From an uncultured Gemmatimonadales bacterium (GTDB lineage Bacteria > Gemmatimonadota > Gemmatimonadetes > Gemmatimonadales > Gemmatimonadaceae), in NCBI GenBank assembly GCA_963701965.1, contig OY969695.1, forward strand, positions 3,136,001 through 3,200,000: a DNA stretch of 64,000 nucleotides, read 5' to 3'. Made by a program: the position numbers and the translations under genes. The notes below the pieces were generated by a model, which made no database searches, was not told the origin of the DNA, and worked only from the letters and a program-made list of their open reading frames with translations. Shown one piece after another: positions 29,402-38,365 of the stretch; within the stretch, counting starts at the first letter, position 1, and every line of letters begins with the position of its first letter.

Positions 29402-30685
29402 CTACGGCGCCTTACTCGCATGCGATGCCACGATTTCCCATCGCCCATCCCGGCGCACGTAGACGCGAGTGAACCGGTACGTGCCACTCAGGCTCGTGCC
29501 CCGAAAGCTCGCGTCGCTCCACACGTCGATGCCACTGGCCACGGCGACGTCGCCGTAGAGGTGGGAGCGACAGCTCGGAATCCTCGCGCTGCCAAGCGTC
29601 AGACCACCATTGGCATAGAATGCCAACTCCTTGGCCCGGTAGCCGATGCCGCCGACGTAGTTCGTGTGCTGATACTCGTCGGCGTAGAGCGCGTCCAACC
29701 GTTGCCGGTCGTGCGCGACCTCGGCCCGCGCGAGATCCCCTTCCAGCTCACATACATCGACCAGCAGCGACTGGTGCTCGGCGCCCGCCGGCCACTGCCC
29801 CGACAGGAACGTATCGACAGCCGCGAAGACGGTCTGCGGTGCGTCGAGCCACGCCATATGGGCGGCGCCGCGCACCGTGAGCAGGCGGCCGTTCGGCAGA
29901 TGCGAGGCCCAGCCGACTCCCCCCCCGTACGGCGCGTTGCGATCCTGCGTGCCGTGGATCGTGAGCACCGGCACCGTCAACGTCGCGACCTGCTCCCAGG
30001 TCGGTGGCTGGCTCCCGAACAACGATGTGAAAAGCCATCGCTGGTGCGCATCGAGATGCACCGGCCATTCGTTCGGCATGTCGCAGAGATCCGGCACCTG
30101 GTCGGCCAGCCGCGGATCGCCGACCAGGCGGCCCCGCAGCACGCGATAGTCTTGCTCGCAAAACCCCCGTGCGTCGCGCTCGCGCGTGCCATCGGCGCGT
30201 CCTTGCTGCAGCGTGGCGTAGGCCGCCGAGTCCGTGACCGGCATCGAGTCGTGCGCCACGAGCGAGTCCGTGTACACGGTGCCGACATCTCGGCCGACGG
30301 GACCGACCAGCACGACGCGGTCGACGTGCTCGGGATGGGCGACGGCGTACCGCATGACCATGTTCCCGAGGTATGACCAGCCGAGGGGGATGAATCGATC
30401 GACCTTGAAATGCGCCCGGACGGTCTCGAGATCGGCGACGTCCCGGTCGATCGACACCCGTGTCGAGTCGTCGATCGGCGACGATCGGCCCCGGCCGCGC
30501 ATATCGTAAAACACGATCGTCCTGCCGTGCGCGAGCCGCGCGAAGTCCCGCTCCAGGAACAATCCCGCGGGCACGATGACGACCGGGCTTCCCGAGCCCT
30601 CGGTGTGATAATAGAGTCGCGCGCCGTCCGGCGTCGATATGTACCCGGTGCTCGCCAAGAGGGCGAGGAGTAGTGTGTTCACCAT
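29402..30685 (-). CDS. Exported alpha/beta hydrolase with C-terminal DUF4440/NTF2-like domain
   Basis: YDMRGRGRS, GWSYLG, IHGTQD, AAH. C-terminal YGDVAV...YRFTRVYVRRDGRWEIVASH. Confidence 0.88.
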   Translation of the reverse strand: MVNTLLLALLASTGYISTPDGARLYYHTEGSGSPVVIVPAGLFLERDFARLAHGRTIVFYDMRGRGRSSPIDDSTRVSIDRDVADLETVRAHFKVDRFIPLGWSYLGNMVMRYAVAHPEHVDRVVLVGPVGRDVGTVYTDSLVAHDSMPVTDSAAYATLQQGRADGTRERDARGFCEQDYRVLRGRLVGDPRLADQVPDLCDMPNEWPVHLDAHQRWLFTSLFGSQPPTWEQVATLTVPVLTIHGTQDRNAPYGGGVGWASHLPNGRLLTVRGAAHMAWLDAPQTVFAAVDTFLSGQWPAGAEHQSLLVDVCELEGDLARAEVAHDRQRLDALYADEYQHTNYVGGIGYRAKELAFYANGGLTLGSARIPSCRSHLYGDVAVASGIDVWSDASFRGTSLSGTYRFTRVYVRRDGRWEIVASHASKAP

Positions 30686-30708
30686 ACCGACGATACATAT
30701 TGGAGGAC

Positions 30709-31785
30709 ATGGAGTACATCCAGGGTACGAGCGGCGAGCGGTCGATCCGCGCGGCGAGCGGTGTGTTGGCGCTGACCGCGCTCTGGTGCATTCCCGCGCT
30801 GGCCGGCACGATCAACAACGTGCTGTTCATGCGCGCCACCGGGATCCGGGGCACCGTGTGGGATGCGGCATCGGTCGAATTCCCCGGTTGGCTCATCTGG
30901 GTGCCCGCCACGCTGCTCATCCTGTGGCTTGGCGCGCGCTTTCCCATCGTGCCGGTGCGCCTCGCGAACGTCACTGTGCATCTCGGCACGGTGGCGGCGC
31001 TCTCGGTGCTGCGCGCGGTCGTCGTCGCGATCTCGTACCGTCTGGACACGGCACAGGTGCCCTTCCTAGCGACCGACCGCGATGTGGGGTTCGAGCTCAT
31101 CAAGTTTCTGCCGCTCACGCTCTTGATCTATGCCGCCGTGCTCGGCGTCAGCTACGCGCGGCAGTACCGGCAGCGGGCGGCCGCGCTCACGGAGCAGTTG
31201 AGCGCCGCACAGCTCACCGTGCTGCGCGCGCAGTTCCAGCCGCACGTCATGTTCAACAGCCTCAATGCCGCGGTCGCGCTCGTGCGCTCGCGCGATTGTG
31301 AGGCCGCCGAGCGCGTGTTGCTGCTCCTGAGCGATGTCTTACGGACGGTGGTGCGCGCCGATCCAGTCCAGGAGGTCACGCTCGCGCAGGAGCTGGCGTT
31401 CGTCGAGCAATGTCTGGAGATCGAGCGCATCCGATTCGGTCCCCGGCTCCGCGTGTCCGTCTCGGCCCCCGCGGATGTCCGCGACGCGCTCGTGCCGAAT
31501 TTGATTCTGCAGCCACTGGTGGAGAACGCGATTCAACACGGCGTCGCGGCGGCCGACCATCGATCACATGTGGAGATCGCCGCGCACGGCGAGGACAGCC
31601 GCCTCGTGATCGTGGTGCGGAACGATGGCTCGCTACTCGAATTGGGGCGGGAAGGCGTGGGGTTCCGCAGTACGCGGGCGCGTTTGGCGCAGCTCTACGG
31701 CGACCGGGCGTCGTTCGCGATGTCAACCGGCCGGGCCGGCGTCGAGGCCCGGCTCGATCTGCCGCTGCGGCTCAAGACGGTCTGA
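30709..31785 (+). CDS. LytS/AlgZ-type membrane histidine kinase
   Basis: Four TM helices, LRAQFQPHVMFNSLN, ILQPLVENAIQHG, NDG, GVG. Start uncertain (GGAGG before ATG 30709). Confidence 0.9.
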   Translation: MEYIQGTSGERSIRAASGVLALTALWCIPALAGTINNVLFMRATGIRGTVWDAASVEFPGWLIWVPATLLILWLGARFPIVPVRLANVTVHLGTVAALSVLRAVVVAISYRLDTAQVPFLATDRDVGFELIKFLPLTLLIYAAVLGVSYARQYRQRAAALTEQLSAAQLTVLRAQFQPHVMFNSLNAAVALVRSRDCEAAERVLLLLSDVLRTVVRADPVQEVTLAQELAFVEQCLEIERIRFGPRLRVSVSAPADVRDALVPNLILQPLVENAIQHGVAAADHRSHVEIAAHGEDSRLVIVVRNDGSLLELGREGVGFRSTRARLAQLYGDRASFAMSTGRAGVEARLDLPLRLKTV

Positions 31786-32468
31786 AGAGCCGCTCGAGCG
31801 CGGCCCACCGCCGGCGGCTGACCATGAGCCGCGTCCCGTCGGCCAGCAGCACCGCGAGGCGCCCCGTCGCACCGCGACGCAGCTCGGCGATCCGCTGCAC
31901 GTTCACGATCGCCGCCCGATGCACCCGCACGAACCGCGACGGATCGAGTCGCCGTGCGAGCGACGCCAGCGCTTCGCGCACGACGTATTCTTCGCCGCGC
32001 GCGTGCACCGTCGAGCAATAGTCGTTGGCCCCGATCCAATCGATCTCGTCGACAGGAATCACCAGCGACCGCGTACCGACCCGCACGGCGAGGCGCATGG
32101 CGCCCCGGGCCGGCAGCGCCGATCGGACCCGTCGCAATGTCTCCGCCAGCCGCGCGGCCGATATCGGCTTCGTGAGATAATCGAACACCGCGGCATCGTA
32201 CGCGTCGAGCGCGTACTCCTCGTACGCGGTGGCCATGACGACGAGCGGCGGCGGTTCGACCTTGGCCGCCCGCACGATGTCGAAGCCGGTGATGCCCGGC
32301 ATTCTTGATGTCGAGAAACACGACGTCGGGCGCCATCGCCTCGATGCGCGCGACCGCGTCGCGCCCGGTCAGCGCCTCGCCCACCACATCGACGTCGGGG
32401 TGCCGGTCCAGCAGCGCCCGCAGCGCCACATGGGCCAGCGGTTCGTCGTCGATGAGCAAGACTCTCAT
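31772..32468 (-). CDS. LytTR response regulator (extra T at ~32302)
   Basis: MRVLLIDDEPLA...VFLDIK|MPG, TAYEEYAL, DYLTKP, FVRVHRAAIVN. Confidence 0.88.
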
Positions 32469-33871
32469 GGGTGGCGGACGCGGCCCATCCGGCGGACCGC
32501 GGCGCGGATCTCGGTGTGGTCGAACGCCGTGAACCCAAAGATCAACCCCGGCCTCACGCGACGGATCGCGAGCGCCGAATGGGCCCGCGCGTCGACCTCC
32601 ACGCCGGCGAGGGCCGTGACCCACGCGGCGTCGTCCGCGGATTCCGGGAGGAAGCCGGAGATGTTCATGCCACCATCGGCGTGCGGGAAGTCCAACGGGA
32701 GACCGGTCTCGCGCACGGCCGTGAGAAACGTGTCGAGACGCGCGCCGTACTCCCGGCGACAGCGTCGGATGTGCGAGTAGTAGGCGCCCGTCTCCAGGAA
32801 TTCGGCCGTCGTCGCCTGGTCCATCAGGCTCCCGTGATCGTCCATCGTCGCCCGCAGCTCGCCGAAGGGGCCGAGCAAGCTCCAGGGCAGGACCACATAC
32901 CCCAAGCGAAGAGAGGGGAATAGCGTCTTGCTCATGGTCCCGACGTAGATCACACGACCGCCGGGGTCGAGGCTATGGAGGCTCGGCAACGGAGGGAAGC
33001 GATACCGGAACTCGGCGTCGTAGTCGTCTTCAATGATCCACGTGGCCGACTGCGCGGCCCAGCGAATGAGCTCCGTGCGACGCGCGACCGGCAAACAGGC
33101 TCCGGTGGGATATTGGCGCGACGGTGTGGTGTAGATGAGCGCGGCCTTCTTTCCGACGTTGGTCGGTGGCAACAGGCCCTGCGCATCGACCGCGACGGGT
33201 TGGATGGCGGCGCCGGCGCTGGTGAGCGCGCGCCGGGCGCCGCGATAGCCCGGATCCTCCATCAACGCGGTCGCGCCAGGCCGCAGGAGGATGTGCGCCA
33301 GCATGTAGAGGGCATGCTGTGAGCCGCTGGTGATAGCGATTTGCTGCCAATCGCAGCTCACGCCGCGCCGGTCGCGCAGATAGGAAGCGATGGCGCGCCG
33401 CAATACCGGAAGGCCGAGGGGCAGCTCGGACTGATACTGGAGGAGGGCGCCCCGATGCGTCTTGAGGGCGCGCCCGCGGACGCGATTCCAGAGCGCGAGG
33501 GGAAAGAGCCGCACATCGGGCCGGGACTCGCGGAACGGGCGCGCGGGCGCGACGCGTTCCAGCTGCGACTCGCGGGCCGCGCGGTCGCCCGCCGTCTGGG
33601 GCGCCGGCATCGACCCGAACGACTCGCAGACGAAGAGGCCGGAGCGTGGTCGGCTCTCCAGATATCCCTCGTCGACCAAGCGTTCGTAGGCGAGCGTGAC
33701 CGTATTCCGCGAGACGCGGAGATCGGCCGCGAGTTGCCGACTGGGGGGCACCGACTCGCCGGCGCCCAGATGACCGTCCTGGATCAACCCGCGAAGCTTC
33801 GCGGCCAGCTGCGACTGGAGCGGCGCGTGTCTCGAAGGCGAGAGGGCGATCGACGCGAGGGATTTCGGCAT
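32465..33871 (-). CDS. MocR/GabR-family regulator
   Basis: PPSRQLAADLRVSRNTV, MEDPGY, IIEDDYD, GTMSKTLFPSLRLGY. Confidence 0.92.
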   Translation of the reverse strand: MPKSLASIALSPSRHAPLQSQLAAKLRGLIQDGHLGAGESVPPSRQLAADLRVSRNTVTLAYERLVDEGYLESRPRSGLFVCESFGSMPAPQTAGDRAARESQLERVAPARPFRESRPDVRLFPLALWNRVRGRALKTHRGALLQYQSELPLGLPVLRRAIASYLRDRRGVSCDWQQIAITSGSQHALYMLAHILLRPGATALMEDPGYRGARRALTSAGAAIQPVAVDAQGLLPPTNVGKKAALIYTTPSRQYPTGACLPVARRTELIRWAAQSATWIIEDDYDAEFRYRFPPLPSLHSLDPGGRVIYVGTMSKTLFPSLRLGYVVLPWSLLGPFGELRATMDDHGSLMDQATTAEFLETGAYYSHIRRCRREYGARLDTFLTAVRETGLPLDFPHADGGMNISGFLPESADDAAWVTALAGVEVDARAHSALAIRRVRPGLIFGFTAFDHTEIRAAVRRMGRVRHP

Positions 33872-33876
33872 GGGCG

Positions 33877-33921
33877 CTGGATCTATAGTGTCGCTCGAAT
33901 CTGGCTCTTGTCTAGGGCCAG
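33877..33921. promoter_or_regulatory. MocR-type operator
   Basis: CTGGATCT and CTGGCTCT direct repeats followed by inverted GGGCCAG, in the divergent intergenic region. Confidence 0.55.
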
Positions 33922-33942
33922 CGACCGACCATTTTGGCACCT

Positions 33943-34509
33943 ATGCATACTCTTCTCAAGGCGGCGCTGCTGGTCCTACCAGTCGCGCTCGGCGCGCAGA
34001 GCCCGGCGCCTGCCCCTCAACGCGACGGCTCCCACGATTTCGACTTTCTGATCGGGAACTGGAAGGTACACGTGCGCAGGCTGCCCGATCGCCTCAACGG
34101 CTCGACCAAATGGGACGTGTACGACGGGATCTCGAACCACAAGAAGGTGCTCGATACCAGCGCGAATTTCGAAGAGTTCAATGTCTATTCGGACGAGATC
34201 AAGCAGGGCATCAAGGGACAAACGCTGCGGATGTACAATCCGACGACGCACCAGTGGTCGATCTACTTGCTCGATCTCGACAAGGGCGAGCTCGACACCC
34301 CACCGGTGATTGGCCAGTTCACCCGCAACCGCGGCGAGTTCTACAATCAGGACTCGTTCAAGGGCCGAGCCATCTTCGTCCGCTATGTCTGGCTGAACAT
34401 CTCGCCGGCGTCGTCCCGCATGGAACAGTCATGGTCGGCCGACGGCGGCAAGACGTGGGAGGTGAACTGGATCTGTGAGCTCACGCGCGCTGAGACATCG
34501 GGGCGTTAG
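33943..34509 (+). CDS. Exported DUF1579-like protein
   Basis: Signal peptide, HDFDFLIGNW, EQSWSADGGKTWEVNW. Confidence 0.8.
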   Translation: MHTLLKAALLVLPVALGAQSPAPAPQRDGSHDFDFLIGNWKVHVRRLPDRLNGSTKWDVYDGISNHKKVLDTSANFEEFNVYSDEIKQGIKGQTLRMYNPTTHQWSIYLLDLDKGELDTPPVIGQFTRNRGEFYNQDSFKGRAIFVRYVWLNISPASSRMEQSWSADGGKTWEVNWICELTRAETSGR

Positions 34510-34954
34510 GGTAAGGGTCCAACAGCGCAACGGAGCCCGTTTCCAGGAGGGACTTGAGGTTGGAGAGGACCTTCGGCCACCCGCCGGACACCGCCTCGAT
34601 GAACTTCGAGGGGTCGCGTTCGATGGTGTGAGTAATGGAGAGCTTGACCGCCGGTCCCGTGGGCTCGAGCTCCATCGTGCAGAGGGAGTCGCCATCGGCC
34701 GCGAGCTCCGGCCTCCATTGATTCCGCCAGCGGATCACGAGACGCCGGGGCGGCTCGGCCTCCACGATTTCGCCGGCGTCCGCGATGCGCCCATCGGGGT
34801 ACCGCAAGGTCCACGAGGACCCTGCCGTCCACTGGCTTTCGCAGTGGCTCCCGAACCAATACTGCTTCATGAACTCCTCGTCGGTCAGCGCGGACCACAA
34901 CCGCTCCGGCGTGGTGCGGATATAGGTCACGTAGACAAAAGTCGATCTAGCCAT
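34481..34954 (-). CDS. SRPBCC/AHA1-like protein
   Basis: YVTYIRTTPERLWSALT, GWPKVLSNLKSLLETG. Confidence 0.9.
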   Translation of the reverse strand: MARSTFVYVTYIRTTPERLWSALTDEEFMKQYWFGSHCESQWTAGSSWTLRYPDGRIADAGEIVEAEPPRRLVIRWRNQWRPELAADGDSLCTMELEPTGPAVKLSITHTIERDPSKFIEAVSGGWPKVLSNLKSLLETGSVALLDPYPNAPMSQRA

Positions 34955-35282
34955 TGGCCTTCTCCAGTCGTCGTTTCAGATCGGCAATCGCCTTGAGGCG
35001 CGGCTTTTCGAACTTGGCAATCCAGCGCTCGTAGATCTCCTGGAGCGGTACGGGATTGAGGAAGTGCAGCTTTTCGCGGCCGCGCCGCACGGTGGCGACC
35101 AGGTTCGCTGCCTCCAGCACATCCAGATGCTGCGTCACGCCCTGCCGCGTCATGTCCAGGTGTTCACACAGCGCGTTGAGGGTGCGGCCGTCGTGTGCAT
35201 GCAGGAGGTCCAGCAGCGTGCGTCGGTTGGGATCGGCCAGGGCCTTGAACAGCAGATTCGTGTCATGAAGGGGCTCGGCCAT
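34947..35282 (-). CDS. ArsR/SmtB family regulator
   Basis: FKALADPNRRTLLDLL, MTRQGVTQHLDVLE, GREKLHFLNPVP. Confidence 0.92.
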   Translation of the reverse strand: MAEPLHDTNLLFKALADPNRRTLLDLLHAHDGRTLNALCEHLDMTRQGVTQHLDVLEAANLVATVRRGREKLHFLNPVPLQEIYERWIAKFEKPRLKAIADLKRRLEKANG

Positions 35283-35289
35283 GGACGCT

Positions 35290-35335
35290 ATAGGCAAGTA
35301 ATCACTGGCCTAATAATAGGCAAGTAGCGCCTTGC
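35290..35335. promoter_or_regulatory. Tandem ArsR operators
   Basis: ATAGGCAAGTA occurs twice (35290, 35316), each the left arm of an imperfect dyad (TAGGCAAGT-N4-ACTGGCCTA; GCAAG-N6-CTTGC). Confidence 0.7.
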
Positions 35336-35503
35336 ATGTCAATGGCCGCGCGGCTCGTTGGGTCTCAGCCGCGAGACCAGTGGCGACCGTGACATGCGTG
35401 CCTCCTGATCAGTCGATGGCCAGAGTCGGGGAGCAGCGGCCCATCGTTGCTCCGACAAGGTCCACTCTTCCCATCCTTCCCCGACGACCGGTCGCGCGAA
35501 CTC

Positions 35504-36694
35504 ATGCGCCAGCAATTCCAGCCACCGGTCTCGATCGGCACCGGTCGATACGTGCGCGCCTTCGACGGTCTCCGCGGCGTCGCGATCCTACTGGTCCTCC
35601 TCCGCCACATCGGCGAAGACGCGCCGGCGAGACGGGTCGGCGGGTTGGTCTCGGCAGCCCTCGCTTCGGGATGGCTTGGTGTGGATCTGTTCTTCGTGCT
35701 GTCGGGCTTTCTCATCACCGGGATCCTGCTCGATGCGCGCGGCGACGAAGCTGAGCCCACCCAAGGCTTTTTCACGCACTTCTACGCCCGTCGCGCCCTG
35801 CGGATTTTCCCCGCGTACTATGTATTCCTCGCGCTGGTGATGTTCGTCGGGCGGCCCCCAATGCCACACGGGACGTGGTGGTACTGGACGTATGTCGCCA
35901 ACGTCTTGATCGCGCGGCATGGTTGGCCTCCCGGTGTGTGGGATACCGGCCATCTGTGGTCGCTCGCGGTCGAAGAGCAGTTCTATCTGGTGTGGCCGGC
36001 GATCATTGCGTGGACGCCGCGTCGGCGCCTGCCGGCGGTCTGTCTCTGCGTCATCCTCTCGGCGATCACGCTCCGAGCGGTGCTCGTCCACCAGGGCGCG
36101 GCACTCTCAGCCTACGTCCTGGCGCCGGCCCGAGCGGACACGCTCGTGTTGGGCGCGACGCTGGCGATCGCGCTCCGCGGTGGCGCCCGCGTGCGCGACG
36201 GGGTCAGGCGCGCCGCGCCCATCATCGGCTCGGTGGCGCTCGCCGTGCTCGGTGTGCTGTTCGTGACGCACCAGTTGGACCACCGCTTGTCCGCCGGCGG
36301 GCTCGTGTTGGGCAGTGCGGCCGCCTCGGTCGCCACGGCTGCGTGCATCGCGCGGATCAGCGCCGGGAGCCGCATCCGCCGCCTGTTCGAATGGCCACCA
36401 CTGGTGTCGTTCGGCATGTACAGCTACGTCATCTACCTCGTACAGCTGCCCGTCCGCGGCGCGCTGGGCCTCTGGCTCGGCGATCGCTTGGCCACGTGGA
36501 CGCCCGTGTCGGCTCTAGCGGTGGAAGGGATCCTCTTGGCGGGCCTGTCGTGGTGCATCGCGTGGGTTACCTGGCGCATCCTCGAGCAACCAATGTTGTC
36601 GCTCAAACGGTATGTGCCCATGCCGCATCATACGGATCCGAGGCTCGCCCCGGGCCTCGCGCTCCGCCAGCAAACGCAAGACAGCGCCGCGTGA
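35504..36694 (+). CDS. OafA/Acyl_transf_3 family acyltransferase
   Basis: FDGLRGVAIL, GVDLFFVLSGFLIT, RRALRIFP, HLWSLAVEEQFYL, SYVIYL. Confidence 0.92.
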   Translation: MRQQFQPPVSIGTGRYVRAFDGLRGVAILLVLLRHIGEDAPARRVGGLVSAALASGWLGVDLFFVLSGFLITGILLDARGDEAEPTQGFFTHFYARRALRIFPAYYVFLALVMFVGRPPMPHGTWWYWTYVANVLIARHGWPPGVWDTGHLWSLAVEEQFYLVWPAIIAWTPRRRLPAVCLCVILSAITLRAVLVHQGAALSAYVLAPARADTLVLGATLAIALRGGARVRDGVRRAAPIIGSVALAVLGVLFVTHQLDHRLSAGGLVLGSAAASVATAACIARISAGSRIRRLFEWPPLVSFGMYSYVIYLVQLPVRGALGLWLGDRLATWTPVSALAVEGILLAGLSWCIAWVTWRILEQPMLSLKRYVPMPHHTDPRLAPGLALRQQTQDSAA

Positions 36695-36826
36695 GCTGGA
36701 CAGCGGCGCTGTGCGACGCTATGGTGATCGCGGGATCACCATGACGGGATCGGCGACTCCGAGACTTTCCATGCTCGACTATGCTGGGAATGGCACCCAG
36801 TCACCATCAGGCATGAGGGCGACCGA

Positions 36827-37258
36827 GTGAAGACACCACTGCGTTTCGTCATCTACATCGCGGCCACGCCGGAGCGGGTGTGGGAAGGATTCGTGTCACC
36901 GGTATCCAATCGCATCCTGTTCGGGGCCGAGCTGCAGGCGGACTTCAAGGTTGGCGGCTCCATAGCGTGGGTCGGACCGGGGCCCGATGGGAAGCCGGTC
37001 CAGTATGTCCATGGCGAGGTCCTACGCTGCGAGCCGCCGCGGGTTCTGCAATACACGTTCATCGTCGGCCCGTCGGACCAGACGTCGCGCGCGACGGTGG
37101 GGCTGGTCGCTGAGACCGAGGCGACGCAGGTGACCGTGACGCACGACCAGTGGGCCGACAATGATCCCGCATACGGGCCGACCGCCAATGGGTGGCCGCG
37201 CATTCTGTCGCGGCTCAAGACGCTCATCGAGACTGGGAAGACATTCAAGCCGCATTAA
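36827..37258 (+). CDS. SRPBCC/AHA1-like protein
   Basis: IYIAATPERVW, GWPRILSRLKTLIETG. Confidence 0.88.
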   Translation: MKTPLRFVIYIAATPERVWEGFVSPVSNRILFGAELQADFKVGGSIAWVGPGPDGKPVQYVHGEVLRCEPPRVLQYTFIVGPSDQTSRATVGLVAETEATQVTVTHDQWADNDPAYGPTANGWPRILSRLKTLIETGKTFKPH

Positions 37259-37270
37259 GAGGAGTAGACC

Positions 37271-38209
37271 GTGGCCGAGCACCACTTGGAACGAGGCAAG
37301 GTGCACTACAAGTGGGACCGGGCGAATCCACCGGTCCTCGAGATCGACCCCGGCGACATCGTCCACTGCGAAACGCAGGAAGTGTCCGATGGGCAGATCC
37401 GACCCGGATCACCCGCCTCGGTGTTCTCGTCACTGGACTTCAACCGACTCTATCCGCTGGCAGGACCCATCTTTGTGCGGGGCGCCGAGCCCGGCGACGT
37501 GCTCCAGGTGGATATCCTGTCGCTGGCGACGCTCGATTGGGGGTGGGCGGGGATCATTCCTGGTCTCGGTCTCCTGGCCGAGGACTTCACGGAACCGTAC
37601 ATCCGGCACTTCGACCTGACGAACGGCGTCGATACCCCACTGCGGGCCGACATACGGATTCCCATTGCGCCATTCTGCGGCACGATGGGAGTCGCGACCG
37701 ACGAGCCCGGGTCGCACGACGTACTGCCGCCCACCAAAGGCGCCGGCAACATTGATACGCGACACCTGACGGCGGGCAGTACGCTATACCTTCCCGTGTT
37801 CGTGCGCGGGGCCCTGTTCTCGGCCGGAGACTGCCACGCCGCGCAAGGCGACGGCGAAGTGTGCGTCACCGGGATCGAAAGCCCCATGCGGTTCGATCTC
37901 CGGTTCTCCGTCCTCAAGGGCGTATCGTTACGCCCATGGCGCTATCACTTTCGCACCCCGCCCGGATCGCTCCAACCCAAATCCGACCGCGCCGGCTACT
38001 ACGCCACGACGGCCCTTGGCCCCGATCTCATGACCAACGCCAAGAACGCCGTCCGGGATCTCATCGAGTGGCTGGGCCGCGAGCGCGGACTGGATCCGCG
38101 CGACGCCTATGTCCTGTGCAGCCTCGCCGCCGATCTCAAAATCTCTCAAATCGTAGACCAACCCAACTGGGGCGTCTCGGCGTACTTCCCGCTCAGCGTG
38201 CTCTCGTAG
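37271..38209 (+). CDS. Acetamidase/formamidase (FmdA/AmdA) family
   Basis: GPIFVRGAEPGDVL, GNIDTRHL, GDCHAAQGDGEVC; AGAGGAG RBS. Confidence 0.92.
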   Translation: MAEHHLERGKVHYKWDRANPPVLEIDPGDIVHCETQEVSDGQIRPGSPASVFSSLDFNRLYPLAGPIFVRGAEPGDVLQVDILSLATLDWGWAGIIPGLGLLAEDFTEPYIRHFDLTNGVDTPLRADIRIPIAPFCGTMGVATDEPGSHDVLPPTKGAGNIDTRHLTAGSTLYLPVFVRGALFSAGDCHAAQGDGEVCVTGIESPMRFDLRFSVLKGVSLRPWRYHFRTPPGSLQPKSDRAGYYATTALGPDLMTNAKNAVRDLIEWLGRERGLDPRDAYVLCSLAADLKISQIVDQPNWGVSAYFPLSVLS

Positions 38210-38215
38210 CGAGAC

Positions 38216-38365
38216 ATGAACGCCTCCTGGACCACACTCGCCGGCGCGAGGTTCCACGGCTCCACGTCGGCGGCCTCGAGCATCAACAATCGAGGCCAAA
38301 TCGTGGTCACGAGCGGCGATCCTTTCCTCGCGACCGCCACGCCGGCCAACACCATGCGCCATTAG
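38216..38365 (+). pseudogene. Short remnant with one extracellular HAF-type repeat
   Basis: Manual translation MNASWTTL...SAASSINNRGQIVVTS. Confidence 0.35.
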
